From the NCBI RefSeq assembly GCF_009914755.1, contig NC_060933.1: DNA of 64,000 nucleotides. The stretch is one strand, 5' to 3'. Source of the DNA: the human T2T-CHM13v2.0 reference genome, Homo sapiens. A model generated the notes under the pieces. The model made no database searches and was not told the DNA's origin. It saw only the letters and a list, made by a program, of their open reading frames with translations. The translations under genes were made by a program, and so were the position numbers. Positions within the stretch are counted from its first letter, which is position 1. Each line of letters opens with the position of its first letter. Of the stretch, positions 1 through 16,161 are shown piece after piece.

Positions 1-746
1 AATGCATAAGCAGAGATAGAGGGCATGTTACTGATATAAAGCATAAGTGATATTTTGGCAAGGATTGGGCTTTATTTTCAGGACCTATTAGAATCATAAA
101 TCCATGGAAACGGAGCAGTTGCCAACACATTTTTATTTAGTGAAAAAGAACTGCTTCTGAATAGTGTGCATTATGTTTTCCAATATCGTACATTTGCTAC
201 AAAGTGCACTAATGTAGTCTAAACATTAATTGAACATTCATAATGCTGTAGTTGCTGTCTAGTAAACACAGTATTAACCTTGTCCTATTTTGCTTTCTTT
301 GATGACAAACTTTGGAGCAGCAGAAAATTACATGGCTAAGATGTAAGTTTATCTGATTGTAGTAGTCTCACCTTAATAAAAGCTTGTGTCAGCACATGAT
401 GGAGAAATGAAATAAAAAGTAGGTAATATCACTTAAAGCCCAAGAATTGTCACTTATACACAGTGCATTTATAATGCACTATGGTTTTGTCAAACAAAAC
501 TCCTCAAGCAACACATACTAGCTTCAGTTTTTTGTCTAGGATAAGAACGATTAATACGTTGGCATTTTAAGTTTTTAAAATTCTGCTTTCAGGCTTGATA
601 AAAGTTATTTCCTTTGGAAAGTATCAATTAGTTTTTTCGTGTGATTTCCCTAATTTGTGAGCAATAAAGATAACCAAGCATATATTTTATTAGGTGAACA
701 AATAAGAAAATTGTTTGTTTCAAATATGAATAAAGAATAATTTTCT

Positions 747-1487
747 TGCAAATCAAAACCACAATGAGATACCATGTCACACCAGTTAGAATGGCGATCA
801 TTAAAAAGTCAGGAAACGACAGGTGCTGGTGAGGATGTGGAGAAACAGGAACACTTTTACACTGCTGGTGGGACCGTAAACTAGTTCAACCATTGTGGAA
901 GACAGTGTGGCAATTCCTCAAGGACCTAGAACTAGAAATATTTGACCCACCCATCCCATTACTGGACATATACCCAAAGGATTATAAATCATGCTGCTGT
1001 AAAGACACATGCACACGTGTGTTTATTGCGGCACTATTTACAATAGCAAAGACTTGGAACCAACCCAAATGTCCATCAGTGATAGACTGGATTAAGCAAA
1101 TGTGGCACATATACACCACGGAATACTATGCAGCCATAAAAAAGGATGAGTTCATGTCCTTGGTAGGGACATGGATGAAGCTGGAAACCATCATTCTCAG
1201 CAAACTATCTCAAGGACGAAAAACCAAACACCACATGTTCTCACTCATAGATGGGAATTGAACAATGAGAACACTTGGACACAGGGTGGGGAGCATCACA
1301 CACTGGGGCCTGTCATGGGCTGGGGGGAGGGGGGAGGAATATCATTAGGAGATACACCTAATGTAAATGATGAGTTAACGGGTGCAGCACACCAACATGG
1401 CACATGTATGCATATGTAACCTGCACGTTGTGCACATGTACCCTAGAACTTAAAGTATAATAAAAAAATTAAAAATAGAAAAAAAAG
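747..1487 (+). mobile_element. 5'-truncated L1PA (ORF2 C-terminal end, 3'UTR, poly(A))
   Basis: ORF 893-1261 matches the L1 ORF2p C-terminus (TIAKTWNQPKCPS..WHIYTTEYYAAIKK). G-rich 3'UTR and A tail at ~1459-1487. Imperfect TSD AAAGAA(TAA)TTTTCT. Confidence 0.97.
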
Positions 1488-1595
1488 AATTTTCTAATTA
1501 TTCCTCCCACTTTTTAAAACTATAGAAATTTCATGTTGGTACTTAGAATAATGATCTAGCTCTACTTACCTACCCAATATTCCTCTCTTCCTTTA

Positions 1596-1730
1596 TTTTT
1601 TTTTCTTTTTTGGAGAGACAGGTTTTGCTATGTTGCCCAGACTGGTCTTGAACTCTTGACCTCAAGTGATCCTCCCACCTCGGTCTTCCAAAGTGCTGGG
1701 ATTAATGGGCATGAGCAGCTGTGCCCAGCC
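1596..1730 (-). mobile_element. Alu monomer (FLAM-like)
   Basis: T-tail followed by the reverse complement of an Alu left arm. Confidence 0.9.
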
Positions 1731-1789
1731 TACCTCTTCCTTTTAAGATGAAGAAATAAATTAACCCACTTGCTCAAACCTATTATGTC

Positions 1790-2256
1790 AATTTAAATTC
1801 TCCAGGAAGCAGATGTCAAGATAGAATTAGGCCAAGAGACATGTTGTGAGAAAAACTTCACAATAAGCTGAGGGGAGAGGAAATAGCAGTAAATAGGGAG
1901 CACCCGATACCATGATACAGCTCTGACGTGTGTCGAGAGAGAGGCGGAAGGAGGATGTGGTAGAAAGTCTTCAGGCTGTAGTAAAGCTCTGAGAAAGCCT
2001 CGGCGAGGCCAGCATGGCACTGCAGAGCAAAGATTTCTCCTTAAAGGAAAGCTAAATTGAGTAGGAAAGGCCCAGCTCAAGTACCCCTGCTGTGCTCAGT
2101 CATTGGCTGGGAGCAACCCAGGGAGTGCATGGCCTCAGCATGAATGCTGCAGTGGATGCTGAAGTTGTGGCAGCTGGAGGCATAAGCTAACTACACCTCT
2201 CGCAGCCGGTTCTCTCTTGAAAGGAGATTGGAGCAGTTCACTCCATGGCTGCCAGA
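1790..2256 (-). mobile_element. ERVL LTR (LTR16-like), 3' LTR of a provirus remnant
   Basis: On the minus strand a purine tract GAGGGGTAGAC (2267-2257) precedes TCTGGCAGCCATGGAG, an LTR16-type start. Family assigned from recalled consensus. Confidence 0.6.
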
Positions 2257-4450
2257 GTCTACCCCTCACACAGCACAGGGCTATTTCTCCATGTGTGTTT
2301 GGGGAGTGGCTCCTCCATTGTTCCTATGGCCCTCTGCTCAGGAGGGGAATGTTAGAAGAGAGAGACCAGGGGGACAAAGTATAGTCTCCTGGGGGCTGCA
2401 GCAAGTACTCATCATCTCACTCCAGCACTATCCATTCTAAATTCACCTCATCCTTGGCTATTAGCTTGGCAGGTCTTGATGACTAACCTGGTCATGTGAC
2501 TTAAACCATTGGTTTTACAGGGTCTGAGACTCTAGTAATCATAACCTCTAAGCCAAGGGTTGCTTCCTATGTTCATTTACCATTACAGTGGGGGCTAAGG
2601 AGAACTGAGAAATACCTAAGTGGATCGCCTAGGTTCTATATGTATTCCTCCATGTCTCAGTTGACCAAAAGCAGTCCTATCTCCTCTAGTTATCGGAGTT
2701 AATCACACTTGCCCAGATGGAGACGCCCCTTCTTACCTGTTAATCTTGTACACAAGGAGTCCAAAATGTCCAGGAGACACCCGTAGTTCAATGAAACTCT
2801 TGCTCTGTCCCCTGGCAAGAGTGTGCCTCCTTTGAAGACAAGGACTTCTAAACCTGCAGAGCCCAGAGTTAAGGCGACAGGAAACATGCATTTCCCCAGA
2901 GGGCCATTGAGAATAATGGTAAGAATGATGATTCCTGCTTCTTTCCCCTGGTTCCTTGACCCATGTATTCTTATTAGGAGCATAGCACTCTATGGAGATC
3001 TCTGATTTATTTATTCTGCATTCTGGAGGATAGCACCTCCTTTTTGTAGACTATTGCCTGTAAACTGGTACTCCAGCTGTGCCTTCGATAGGCCACTGCA
3101 ATGTTCTATTGTGGGTTGGTTGCCTCTTGATGGAGCATCTGTGATGTCATCTGGGAATCACATGACCATGGGCTCACTTCCGCACCCACTTTGCTGTGAG
3201 TTGTGGCCCCTGTTTGGATGCTATGTTACATAGGTTTACATGCTTGTGGATCATGCACTGCATAAACGTCTGGATATTGATGCTGGCTGAGGCTCTGTGG
3301 GTGGGAAAGGCAAACTCATATTTGGAATAAGACTATCCCACTGAGGGGAAACTGTTGGCCCTTCCAGAATAAAAGGAGCCCAAATGTTGTCAAGTTGCCA
3401 CTGAGTGGCTTGTTGGTCTCTTTAGGAAATAGGGCCATTTCAGGAGTGCTGCATTTGTTCCTGTTGCTGGAAGACTCTACATTTAGAGGAAGCAGCAGTT
3501 AGATTGGCCTTGGTGAGTATAAGTTCACGCTGTTGGGCACATTTGTAGCCCTCACCTCTGCCATTGTGTTCACTCTATTCATGTGTCCATCATGCCCAAT
3601 GCTGAAGACTGACGAATGTCAACTGGCCACGATATTTTGTCTACTTAATTGTTCGATGTTTCTCCTTTAGTGGATGCTTTGTGATGGGTATTAGCACGTG
3701 AAAATGTTTATACTTTGTGTAAATTCTCATCTGACTCCTGGAAGCTTCACCAAAGTGGCCTGTGCCTGAATTTTTGTAAGATTTCTCTCCTGCCCTCTGG
3801 AACACATGTTTCTTACCAAGATTCCTAGCATAGCAGCCATGTCTTCATTTTATTGATGTAATGGATCAAATGTGATATTCTACAGGATGTCCAGATGGTC
3901 TAGATCTCTTCGGACTATATTAAGACAGAGGGTGGGCGAGCTAACATAGCCCTGGTGCAAAACTGTAAATGAGTATCGTTGTTCATTCCAAGGAATGTGA
4001 ACTGTTTCTGATCTTATTTTCCATCTATTTTTTTCCATCTTTTTTACCATCTGCTGTGGCAACTCAGGCATTTCACCTTTGCTCAGCAACTGGGCACTGC
4101 TTTTACTAGGCTTTGGAAAGCCACATAGCAGTGTGTTTGTCCCATCCCTAGGGCCTTACCAGGGTGCTAAAAACCGTATCCCAAGAAAGTGACCCCAAGT
4201 CAATGCACTCTTGCTTGTTCACTTTTGTCTTCCAGCCCTTTGGTCAAGAACTCTCATAGTCCTGCCCCTGAGAACTCCCCAACTCTTGAAAGTAAATGCT
4301 GTAGGTAATTGTTGCAGGTCCTTTAGGGTACAATCTCTCTGTATCCTCATCAGGCCCGGTATTTCTCTGGGATTTGACCTCATTTATTGGCCTGGCAGTC
4401 AGGAGAGGCATCTGGGGTAGCTCTGGGTGGGGGAAGACGGCAGAAGTTGT
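2257..4450 (-). mobile_element. Degenerate ERVL internal region (pol RT and dUTPase remnants)
   Basis: ORF 3880-4089 has [28 protein letters not shown] (ERVL RT LPQG region). ORF 2699-2983 has SAGLEVLVFKGGTLLPGD (ERVL dUTPase-like). Confidence 0.85.
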
Positions 4451-4489
4451 CTTTCAGAAAGAGACCTCGTGTTGTCTTTCTGCAGGAGG

Positions 4490-4960
4490 GAAGTTTAGGT
4501 CTTAATAAGGCCCTAAAACAAAGATTCAAGTGCAAATGGCTTAGTCCGGGAATGTCTGTATGGGAATGGGGAGTGAGGCAGGGAACAGAAGATAACCAAA
4601 AAAGTGTTCATTGTCAAACAATTTAAGATTGTGGGCAACTGAAGATCCATCTTGTTAGAGAACTTTGGAAGCCAATGTAGTACATATACCTCAGAGATAG
4701 CCCACCCAAGGGGTCCAGAAGCTGGGGCATTCATAGATGAACTCCCATCAGTCATTGGTTGACGACTGCTTCTGAGGGTGGGTGTGGGGGTAGTATTTCC
4801 CTAATATTTCTGGTCTGCTATATGAGCATCAACGTGGCATCTAGTGGCATCAGAGAAACTTTCAGAAAAAGATCCATCTGCTGGCAGTGGAAGGCCAGAC
4901 AACGTGTACTGAAGAGGCCAGGGTGGGGATTCGGACAGTCTACCGGCAGGATCCACTACA
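4490..4960 (-). mobile_element. ERVL LTR (LTR16-like), 5' side
   Basis: Minus strand begins TGTAGTGGATCC and resembles the LTR16 family. Lies next to the ERVL internal sequence. Confidence 0.5.
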
Positions 4961-5283
4961 GGATTATTAACAGTGGATTATTTCAGTTTCCTCAGCAGAC
5001 CAGACCAATGGGCTGATAGTAGGGAGTGAAAAGATAGAACAGATTTTATGAGCTTGTATAAAGGAATATTTTCAGGGATTGGTCTTAAAGACCCTTGTCT
5101 TATAAGGCAACCAGGGATTTTGGCCATTTAATGACTTCGGAGTTAGCCTCAAAAGAAATGTTATCCCACACGCATTATTCTTAATACAGTACGGAAAATA
5201 AGTATTCACAAGATCAATCTTTTTAAAAAAAGGATCTGGGGAAAGGTGGAATAAACACACTCATGGAATAGTAGTGTAACATA

Positions 5284-6191
<908 letters not shown>

Positions 6192-7439
6192 TACCTCAAA
6201 CTCCAGACTTGCTCGTTTTAGCCATTCTGTCCTTTTCATAGAGATGAAACAAAAAATAAGAAATAATGGAAATCAAGAAACATTACCTAGGAATTAATGA
6301 AAAAAAATTAAAAGTACATTCTAACAGTTTGTTCAAATATTTCCAGCAGGAGCTTTTGAGAAAATCTCCCCCAAGTCTGATAATCAAAAAATAGAAGCAT
6401 GAGCAAATAATATACTGAGGCATTAATTCAGTCTCATTCTCATAGCTGTAACAAAAAGAATGAGAGGTATTTTCCCTTTTCTTCACCCCTTGGCTCATCA
6501 GCAAGACAGAACAGACTTTAAAAGAAAAGAATATAAAAGAAAGATAAAGGAAAGCCGGGCTCCTTGAAGAATGGACCTGAGATATCCAAGAGGGAAAGCA
6601 TTCCAGGTGTCAGGGAGCATTGCAGGTGGTGATGGGACTGCAGTGGAGGTGGAAGTGGGGGGTGGGAGGCAGGACTCCCACAATGTAGAGGAACACAAGG
6701 TGGAACAGAAGGGAATGCCTCTGAGGGTCCAAAGGGCTTGGGGAATGAGCATTTCTTTGACAATCACAATGAACTAAAGATTAAAGACTCTGTTCCTTGA
6801 TTTTTTTTCTGGCAGCTAAAGCCCTGTGGGACTCTTCATGATGCATGAGACAGGGAGGGACTTCTAGAGACACTACTGAAAATATTCCACCACCTCTAGT
6901 GGGTGGCAGCTTAGCCAAATCTTTTCAATTTAGGAAAAAAAAAAAAAAGGCTGATTCTTGCAGCAAATTCATACCTGCAACAGAAGGAATAACTAAGACA
7001 TACCCTATACTTAAAAAACCCCCGCTTTTTTGCAATTATGTACTGAGAAGCACCACACCTGGGAGGGCAATGAGTGATATTTTGCCAGGTTTATGGCTGG
7101 AATCATCCTCCCCATGACTATTCTCAGACTTTGTCCATCAGTGTAGGTGCCTAGACATTCTCAGCAACCTAAGAAGATTTAATTTTCCCCACTCTTCTTC
7201 TGAATTATTTTCTACTCTCTAGAAATTGACATGCGAACAAGAATGGGTACATATGACCAAGGAGAATGGAGATCTTTTAAAGGTATATATTTGAAAATAA
7301 TGAGAAAGGATGAAGAGAAAGCAAAGCACAAAGGTCAAGAAGATGAAACAGAAGAGGAGGATGAGAAGAGTAGAAAAGGGAAGTGGAGGAAAAGGTGAAG
7401 AGTAGAAAGGCAGAGGAAGAAGAGAGGGAAGAGAGGCTA

Positions 7440-7730
7440 GGCCAGGTGCTGTGGCTCATGCCTGTAATCCCGGCAGTTCAGGAGGCTGAGGTTGGAGAAT
7501 CACTTGAGGCCAGGAGTTCAAGACCAGCCTGGGCAACATAGCGAGACCCCACCCATCTCTACGAAAAATTTTTAAAAGATTATCCAGGCGTGGTGGTGCA
7601 TGCCAGTAGTCACAGATTCTTGGGAAGCTGAGGCAGGAGGATCACTTGAGCCCAGTTTGAGGCTACATTAAGCTATAATTGTGCCACTCCATTCCAGCCT
7701 GGGCAACAGTGCAAGACCCTGTCTCAAAGA
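7440..7730 (+). mobile_element. AluJ-like, followed by a purine-rich (GGA/GGAA) tract to ~7826
   Basis: Dimeric Alu with GGATCACTTGAGCCCAG in the right arm. Confidence 0.93.
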
Positions 7731-8364
7731 ATGAAAGGAAAGGAGGGGAGGAGAGGGGAAGGGAGGGGAGGTGAGAGGAGAAGGAAGGAAGGGAGGCAGG
7801 GAGGGAGCGAAGGAGGGAGGGAGAGAGTCTTAGCAAATACTATATATGCTTGAATATACAGAGCTCCTCTCTTCCATTAGTTGAAGAAGCCCCAATAGTA
7901 TATTTCGGCCAATTTGGTTAACTAAATTTTTATAGACGTAAGTGTACTAGGCATATGTCTCCTTATAATATTAATTTATGTAGTGACACAGACACATTTA
8001 AAATCACTTTAAAAATAATATACAAATCTATAAATATTGCTTGTTCTTACTTTGACATTTCATTTAGTAAACTTTGTACATTCATTTTTGACAGAAGTAT
8101 CTTTGTTATCAATAGAGCCACTTTTTGAGTCATCCTATGCTATTTTCAGGAAGGACATTCAACATTAAGGTTTATAACTCAGGAATGATGCTTTGATGCT
8201 ATAAGCAGCAGAGAAACCTGCCATAGCTCAGAACATACCTGAGAATCATCCAGTGACCCTCACAGGCCAGGAGAGTCCAGGTGGGACAGATCTCACAACA
8301 GGCACAGTAAAACAGAGTCCATCTAACAGGTAGATTGGGATCTCATCATGGCAGGAAATATGAG

Positions 8365-9015
8365 TCTTTTATTTAACAAGCATTTGATTGCTCCATGACT
8401 GGCATTTTTTTTTAGACACTAGGGAAACTTTAATAAGAAGCAAAGATGACAATCTCTATACTCATGGAGATTATGTTCTAACAAGAGGAAGAAAACAACA
8501 AAAATTAATAAGTAAAGCACATAAAAATTTAGATAGTGATAAATACTATGGAGAAAAATAAAGAACGGGCCACACAGTCTCTGGGCCCTTGAAAGAAGCA
8601 AGAGAATGCAGAATGCGCCATGTTAGTAACTGGAGGAACAGTGTTTTAGGCAGAGGGAACAGCAAGTGCAGATGTCCTGAGGCAGAGCCATGCTTTGTTT
8701 GAAGAACAGCAAGAAGGTCAGTATTGTTGGTGAGGGTAAGTGGAGAAGGAGATGGGTTTAGGGGGTTATCTGTGAGCCTGATTACAGTGTCTTGGATATT
8801 GCGAAGACTTCTGTTTTTTCTCTGAAGGAAAGGGATTGTGAGCAGAGGGGTGGGTACGATCTAACTTGTGGTTTTACAGTATCATTCTGGCTGCCATGTG
8901 GGGAATGAACTTAGCGGGGAAAATGTGGAAGAAGGTAGACCAGTTAAGAGACTCTTTCAATAATCTGAGAAAAAGTGCTGGTAGCTTGGACCAAGAAGTG
9001 GGCAGTGGAAGTTGT
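8365..9015 (-). mobile_element. L2 3' region
   Basis: Motifs of the reverse-complemented L2 3' end (AGGCAGAGGGAACAGCAAGTGCA, ATCATTCTGGCTGC). Confidence 0.75.
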
Positions 9016-9577
9016 AAAAAGCAGTAAAGAAGGTGGGGAAAACTAGCAGAGCCCACATGCAGAGCCAGAATCAGAATCATAACTGTTGAGTCAAGGGCAA
9101 CTTGACCAACATATGAAAGAAAACCCAGGGTCAGTGTGTCAGAAACCCCGGGAATCCACTAACATCAACATCACCTGAAGCCTGCAGATATCACGCCCCA
9201 CTCACAACCCTACAGCCCTGATATCTCTTTGTACACCTTGTATTTGAAATGATCCAGGCATTATAAAAAATGAAAATGCTATTTTGAGGGAAGAGGGACC
9301 TTTACCATTATTGAAGCCTTGAGAATTGGAATTCAAATTGCCAATCACTGTCTTCTGCTAAACATTTCTAAAAAGGAGACAAAAATGTGATTCCACAGAA
9401 CACTGAGCATTATCATTCATTGAATCTGTGAGATTTGTGAATTGACAAAACTAAACACACGCAGTGGACGGAAATGGGGAAGAGCTATGCGCTGATACTT
9501 TTAAATGCCACTGTGTTTCGCTATGAATGTTTCTAATTACAAGACAAACAGAAGTGTGCACCGGAGGAGGAGCATCA

Positions 9578-9594
9578 GCCACCAGATGGCACTA
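9578..9594 (+). promoter_or_regulatory. CTCF motif
   Basis: GCCACCAGATGGCACTA matches the core CCASYAGRKGGCRS with no mismatch. Confidence 0.65.
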
Positions 9595-9834
9595 TTTCCC
9601 TGAAATACCCAATGGTACCCAAAATCACCAGGATGGCATACTCTCCAGGATTCTGCAATACTCTCCAGGCTAGAAAGGAGAGTCTTTCATTATTATTAAC
9701 ATCTCTTCTAAAGTCAGGGTCTAGAACCACAGAGGCAAAGGTTCTGTCTGTTCTGAGGCAATTCGGTTCCCCTGGCACAGGATGGCCTGAAGGATTCTGT
9801 TTTTCCCAACAAAGCTCTCAAAAGAGTTTAATGC

Positions 9835-10750
<916 letters not shown>

Positions 10751-10891
10751 TTTGGTTCAGTGCCTTTTTAATGACTGTATCATACATTTTTGCCAACTGA
10801 AGAAAGTAAAGCCTCCCTCAAGCTGGCCACACTCAAAGAAGAAATGAGTTAAAGAGATTTTTTTTTTAAGTTACATTTTTTTTAAAGAAAA

Positions 10892-11195
<304 letters not shown>

Positions 11196-11769
11196 AACTT
11201 CCACCCCCCAAAACCATCTGCATTTTATACTGTCTCTCTACAAAATGTTTGTTGTGGGTCATGAGCAAATTTCTATTGCTATCAAATAGAATACACATAT
11301 TTATATATATATGTAGCTAAATATTTATATATATATATAGCTAAATACTCTAGAGACTGGGATAAACTATAAATATAAATATAAATATATGAGGAAGAGA
11401 AGAATACGTGTTAACTAACTTTCAATAGTACAAATGAAAGTAATTTTGTTATTAATAATTTAATTTATTTGTAAATTGTCTCACTTTCTCATCATGAACA
11501 ACATGGGTAAGAATATTAATCATTTTACCTTTGTGTCTCATGGCCCAGGCAAATCAAAGTTGTAGTTTACTGAGATAATATGCAAATGAGATCATGGAAC
11601 TGCTGCTAGTGGGACTTTTTTAATCTCATGGGTAACAAGAGACTGCAAGCAAGAACTTCACATCCTTTACATTTTCTAAGATGGGAAGAAAATAAACTCT
11701 ACAAACTGCATATTGGGGAACTCAGTCTTCGTTCCCAAGAATGTACGAACCTGGAAAGAGACGCTGATC

Positions 11770-11785
11770 CCAGTAGGTGGCGCCA
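11770..11785 (+). promoter_or_regulatory. CTCF motif
   Basis: CCAGTAGGTGGCGCCA matches the core CCASYAGRKGGCRS with no mismatch and retains its CpG. Confidence 0.7.
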
Positions 11786-12169
11786 GCAAGCAGTCACCAA
11801 GGACAAGTCCCAGCACAGTCACTCCACTCTTTTTCTGGAGCTTACTAGACTGGAGTGGCGTATTAAGAGGATGTGTGAGTCCCCTGAAAGGTGTCTGAGG
11901 ATCTTGCTAATGGTATACTTTCTCACAAGTGAAGAGATGTATGCTAAGCACAAATTAGGTGAATTCAGAACATTTAAAAATAAATAATCAGCCATTCTCG
12001 TATCTTATTAGTTTGTAAGATCTGCCATCTTCTCCTTTTTTCTGTGGGAAACCAGTCTTCTAGACTCACACTGGCATATGAACTTGTTTTCATCAAATGA
12101 GTTAATAGGAATGGGAGAGTTGATTTAGGAAATTTTGGGCTACATTGAGGGAAGAAGTTGAATGTCTTG

Positions 12170-12710
12170 AATCAAAGAGATGATGCATTTACTCTCTTTT
12201 GGGTGAGGCAAACCAACCTGGAAAGTTGTACTCTGTTTGGAAAATCACATTTTAAAATTAGATACAGACAAATTGGAACACCTCAAGCAGAGAGTTAAGG
12301 ATGCTGACGATTCAGGATATGTATAGGAAATAGTACAAAGGATTTGAGATGTTTCAACGTGAGAAGGAGCGTGGGTCATGACAGGGAGGGGGATAAAGCG
12401 TGTTGCTCACAGGTTGGGGCTGACACATAGAAGACTGTACAATTTAGACAGTAAGTGCAGTCACTAGTCTAAGACCACAAACGAAGGGGAAATAATTAGG
12501 TTCAACAGCAGAAGAGCATTCAGTCACAAATGTTCTAAGAGGAAGATATGTTAGCATCTCTAGTAGTGAGTTCTAATTCATCAGAAGTATGCAAGCATAG
12601 GCAAGCCCCAGTTACACCTTTTATGGATTTGGGGAAGAAGATTCAAGTATTGGATTAGTGGTAGGTAAGGTCAAAGTTTCTCATACACCAACTAGTCTAG
12701 GGATTGATGG
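12170..12710 (+). mobile_element. L3/CR1 LINE 3' remnant
   Basis: GACAAATTGGAACAC...CAGAGAG and GTAGTGAGTTC...CAGAAGTATGCAAGCA resemble the CR1/L3 3' region. Confidence 0.45.
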
Positions 12711-12733
12711 TAGTTTATTCAAAAATTTTTACT

Positions 12734-13087
<354 letters not shown>

Positions 13088-15259
13088 TCACAAATCTAAA
13101 TTTATTCAATGTAAAGGGCTATCATTTATTCTAAAATTATTTACTTCTTACTTTGTGAGGGTGACACGCCTTTTCTTTGTATGAAATAATTGTTGGTGAT
13201 AGATTGTAGTATGTTTGTAAATATACCTTACCTGTTGGAATAAAGTTTGGAAATACTCTATTGAACTCTCTAATTTTTATTGAAATATAATAATAAAAAT
13301 TGAAATGTAAAAAATTAAAAGGTCACTTATCTTAGTGATCTTTAGGCTCCTTTCGGTCCTGAGATGCTGTAATTCTAGGCACTAATTATTCAGCATCGTT
13401 AAGGAGTGAGAGTCTCTTCCATTTGATTTGTCTTCCCAGTCAGCCTGGAGTGGGGCTGGCACATGTTAGGCCCTGCCTTCCTTGCGCACTCCTTCTATGC
13501 TCATCACTGTCTGGCTTCTCTTCACACTTTTACCACATAAGTGTGTATCCCTAAATACTATCATTTATGCTTTGCGTGTATTTGGCCTTTATAAGAACAA
13601 AATCATAGAAAACGTGTCCTTTTGTTTCTGTTCTCTTTTGCCCAACACTTGAAAAAAGAAGATCGATCTGGATTGTCGTGGATAGCTTTTATTTTGCGGC
13701 GAAATATAGCCAGAATATAGCACATTTATCGATTTTACTTTGATGGACACCTTTTCTACTTTTGGCTATTTTGAATAATGCTTCTCCAACATTCTTATTC
13801 ATATCCCCTCATGCAGAGTAGAGAAGAACTGATAAGTAGAATATTTTATATTAAATATAACCTTTGTGAAAATCAAGTATCCTTTCCATGCACAACGACT
13901 GGCCCAATCCTTATTGCCCAAAAGGGACCCATGATTGAAATTCTTTCAGCCTGTTCACAAAACCAGGGAACACATATCCAAAAGTATCAAGTATGTTGTT
14001 GGAAATATGAAGAGGTCAATTTGCTGATTTTCCCCCTACTTCAGATATGTCTGCCTGAATTGGGTCAGTCTCTCTCTCTCTTTTGTTTTCAGGGTTCAGT
14101 TGTTTTTTTTTTCTTTTAATGCTTATTTGGAAAATGACTAGCATATACGAAAAAGGTACAAAAATATACAGCTTACTGAATTAGTGTAAGGTGACCATCT
14201 GGGTAACTAATGCTCATGTCAAGAAATAAACAACATTTTCAGCACCCTAAAAGTCCCCACAGGAGTCTCCTGGCTGTTCTTTGCTCTTTACTTTTGTATT
14301 GAATCTTCAACAATTAAACATAGATTTATCTGGTTTCATTCTTTTCTCTCCTTCCTCTTCCCCCTAACTGCTTGCTACTAGGAAGTCTTTTTATCTAAAT
14401 TTATTTTATAACAGCATACTTGCTTATGTAATTCCTGTTACTTTCTTTCAGGCTCAAAAAATCTGGTATTATAAAAAAATTATTCTCTCAAATTTTTTTA
14501 GTAAAAAATGTTTTTTTCTACATATTTAATAGGGTAGAAAAGAGAATGGAGAATAAATGAACTTAATGGATCATTCAGAGTAACTTTACATGTCATGTGA
14601 ATTTAAACAAGATGATTAAACCAGGAGAGCACCAGAATGCCACCATGCCTTCAGCTTTATCACAGCTATGCCAGTCTCATTATTGGTACTGGTCACCTCT
14701 TCCTTCTCTCCTCCCAAAGTTTCCTCCCCTATTTGGTAATATTTGGCCTCTTTTCTATATATACCAAGTACACTTATTCCTTTTCTTCTAAGTTTTCTAT
14801 CAAGTCCCCATTTCAGATATTACACTAAAATCTGTATCAATGATAAGACCCACATCTCTCCCAATGATACTTGCATTTAAATAATTATCAAAAACATCCA
14901 ACGGAATTTTATAAGCTCTAAATAGTATTTATATGCAGGCTTTATATGAAAATATTGATGTAACTTACCGTTAAGAAAAATGGGGTAAATTTTGCAGAAG
15001 AGAGACCTATCCCATGAGTCAACCTTTAGGAATGCTACACTGAAATATACAAGCTGAGCATCCCCAAGGAAATCTTGATAGATACAAAGAATATGGAGAT
15101 TAATCATTTTATTCTCTCAAACAATGTCCCAAAAGACAAGAGAGAAATCTCTTAAACATAAGAAATCACACCAGGCCTAGTGGTAAAGAAATTTTAAATA
15201 TAAATCATATTAATACACTTGATATTGTAAACATTTCTAACAACAGGGAGGCAGGAGTG

Positions 15260-15692
15260 TGATATGGCTTGGATCTGTGTCCCTGCCCAAATCTCATGTC
15301 AAATTGTAATCTCTAATGTTGGTGGGGCGGGAGGCGGGGGGCGCTGGTGGGAGGTGGGTGGACCATGGGGGTGGATTTCTCGTGAATGGTTTAACGCCAT
15401 CCCCTCGGTGCTGTTCTTGTGATAGTGAGTGAGTTCTTTCAAGACCAGGTCGTTTAAAACTGTGCGGTACCTTCCCCCTTACTTTTTCTTGCTCTGGCTC
15501 CTGCCACGTAAGATACCTGCTTCCCCTTTGACTTCTGCCATGACTGAAAGCTTCCTGAGGCCTCCCCAAAAAGGAGAAGCCGCTATGATTCCTGTACAGC
15601 CTGTAGAAATGTGAGCCAATTAAGCCCCTTTCCTTTATAAATTACCCAGTCTCAGGTATTTCTTTATAGCAATGCAAGAACAAATGAATACA
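15260..15692 (+). mobile_element. MST (ERVL-MaLR) solo LTR
   Basis: TGATATGG...AATACA termini. 5-bp TSD GAGTG at 15255-15259 and 15693-15697. Confidence 0.93.
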
Positions 15693-15760
15693 GAGTGGAA
15701 AGGATCTACACAGGGAAGATTTGGTTAATGATATATTGATGATATCAAGAGCAACATGTA

Positions 15761-16161
15761 TAAAGAAAATGTGGTAAATATACACCACATGGAATACTAT
15801 GCAGCCATGAAAAAGAATGAGATCATGTCCTTTGCAGGAACATCGATGGCACTGGAGGCCATTATCCTTGGCAAACTAACAACAGGAACAGAAAACTAAA
15901 TATTGTATTCTCACTTATAAGTGAGAGCTAAATGATGAGAACACATGGATACCTAGAGGGGAACAACACACACTGGGGCCTCTTGGAAGGCAGAGGATGG
16001 GAGGAGGAAGAGGATTGGGAAAAATGACTAATGGGTACTAGGCTTAATACCTGGGTGAAGAAATAACCTGTACAACAAAACCCCACGATACAGTTTACGT
16101 ATGTAACAAACCTGCACTTCTTCTCCTGAACTTAAAAGTTAAAAGAAAAGTTACATAAAAA
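15761..16161 (+). mobile_element. Short 3' fragment of an older primate L1
   Basis: L1 ORF2 end plus 3'UTR. 14-bp TSD AAGAGC(A/G)ACATGTA at 15747-15760 and 16162-16175. Confidence 0.93.

Noticed and set aside
462-480. 8-bp inverted repeat AGTGCATT-tat-AATGCACT
   Set aside because: Short enough to occur by chance in AT-rich DNA.
6886-6910. Possible additional CTCF motifs
   Set aside because: Two core mismatches in either orientation.
11628-11987. 119-aa ORF in non-repeat DNA (also the 128-aa ORF at 29502-29888)
   Set aside because: No recognisable protein similarity or exon structure, and the length is within chance expectation for 64 kb.
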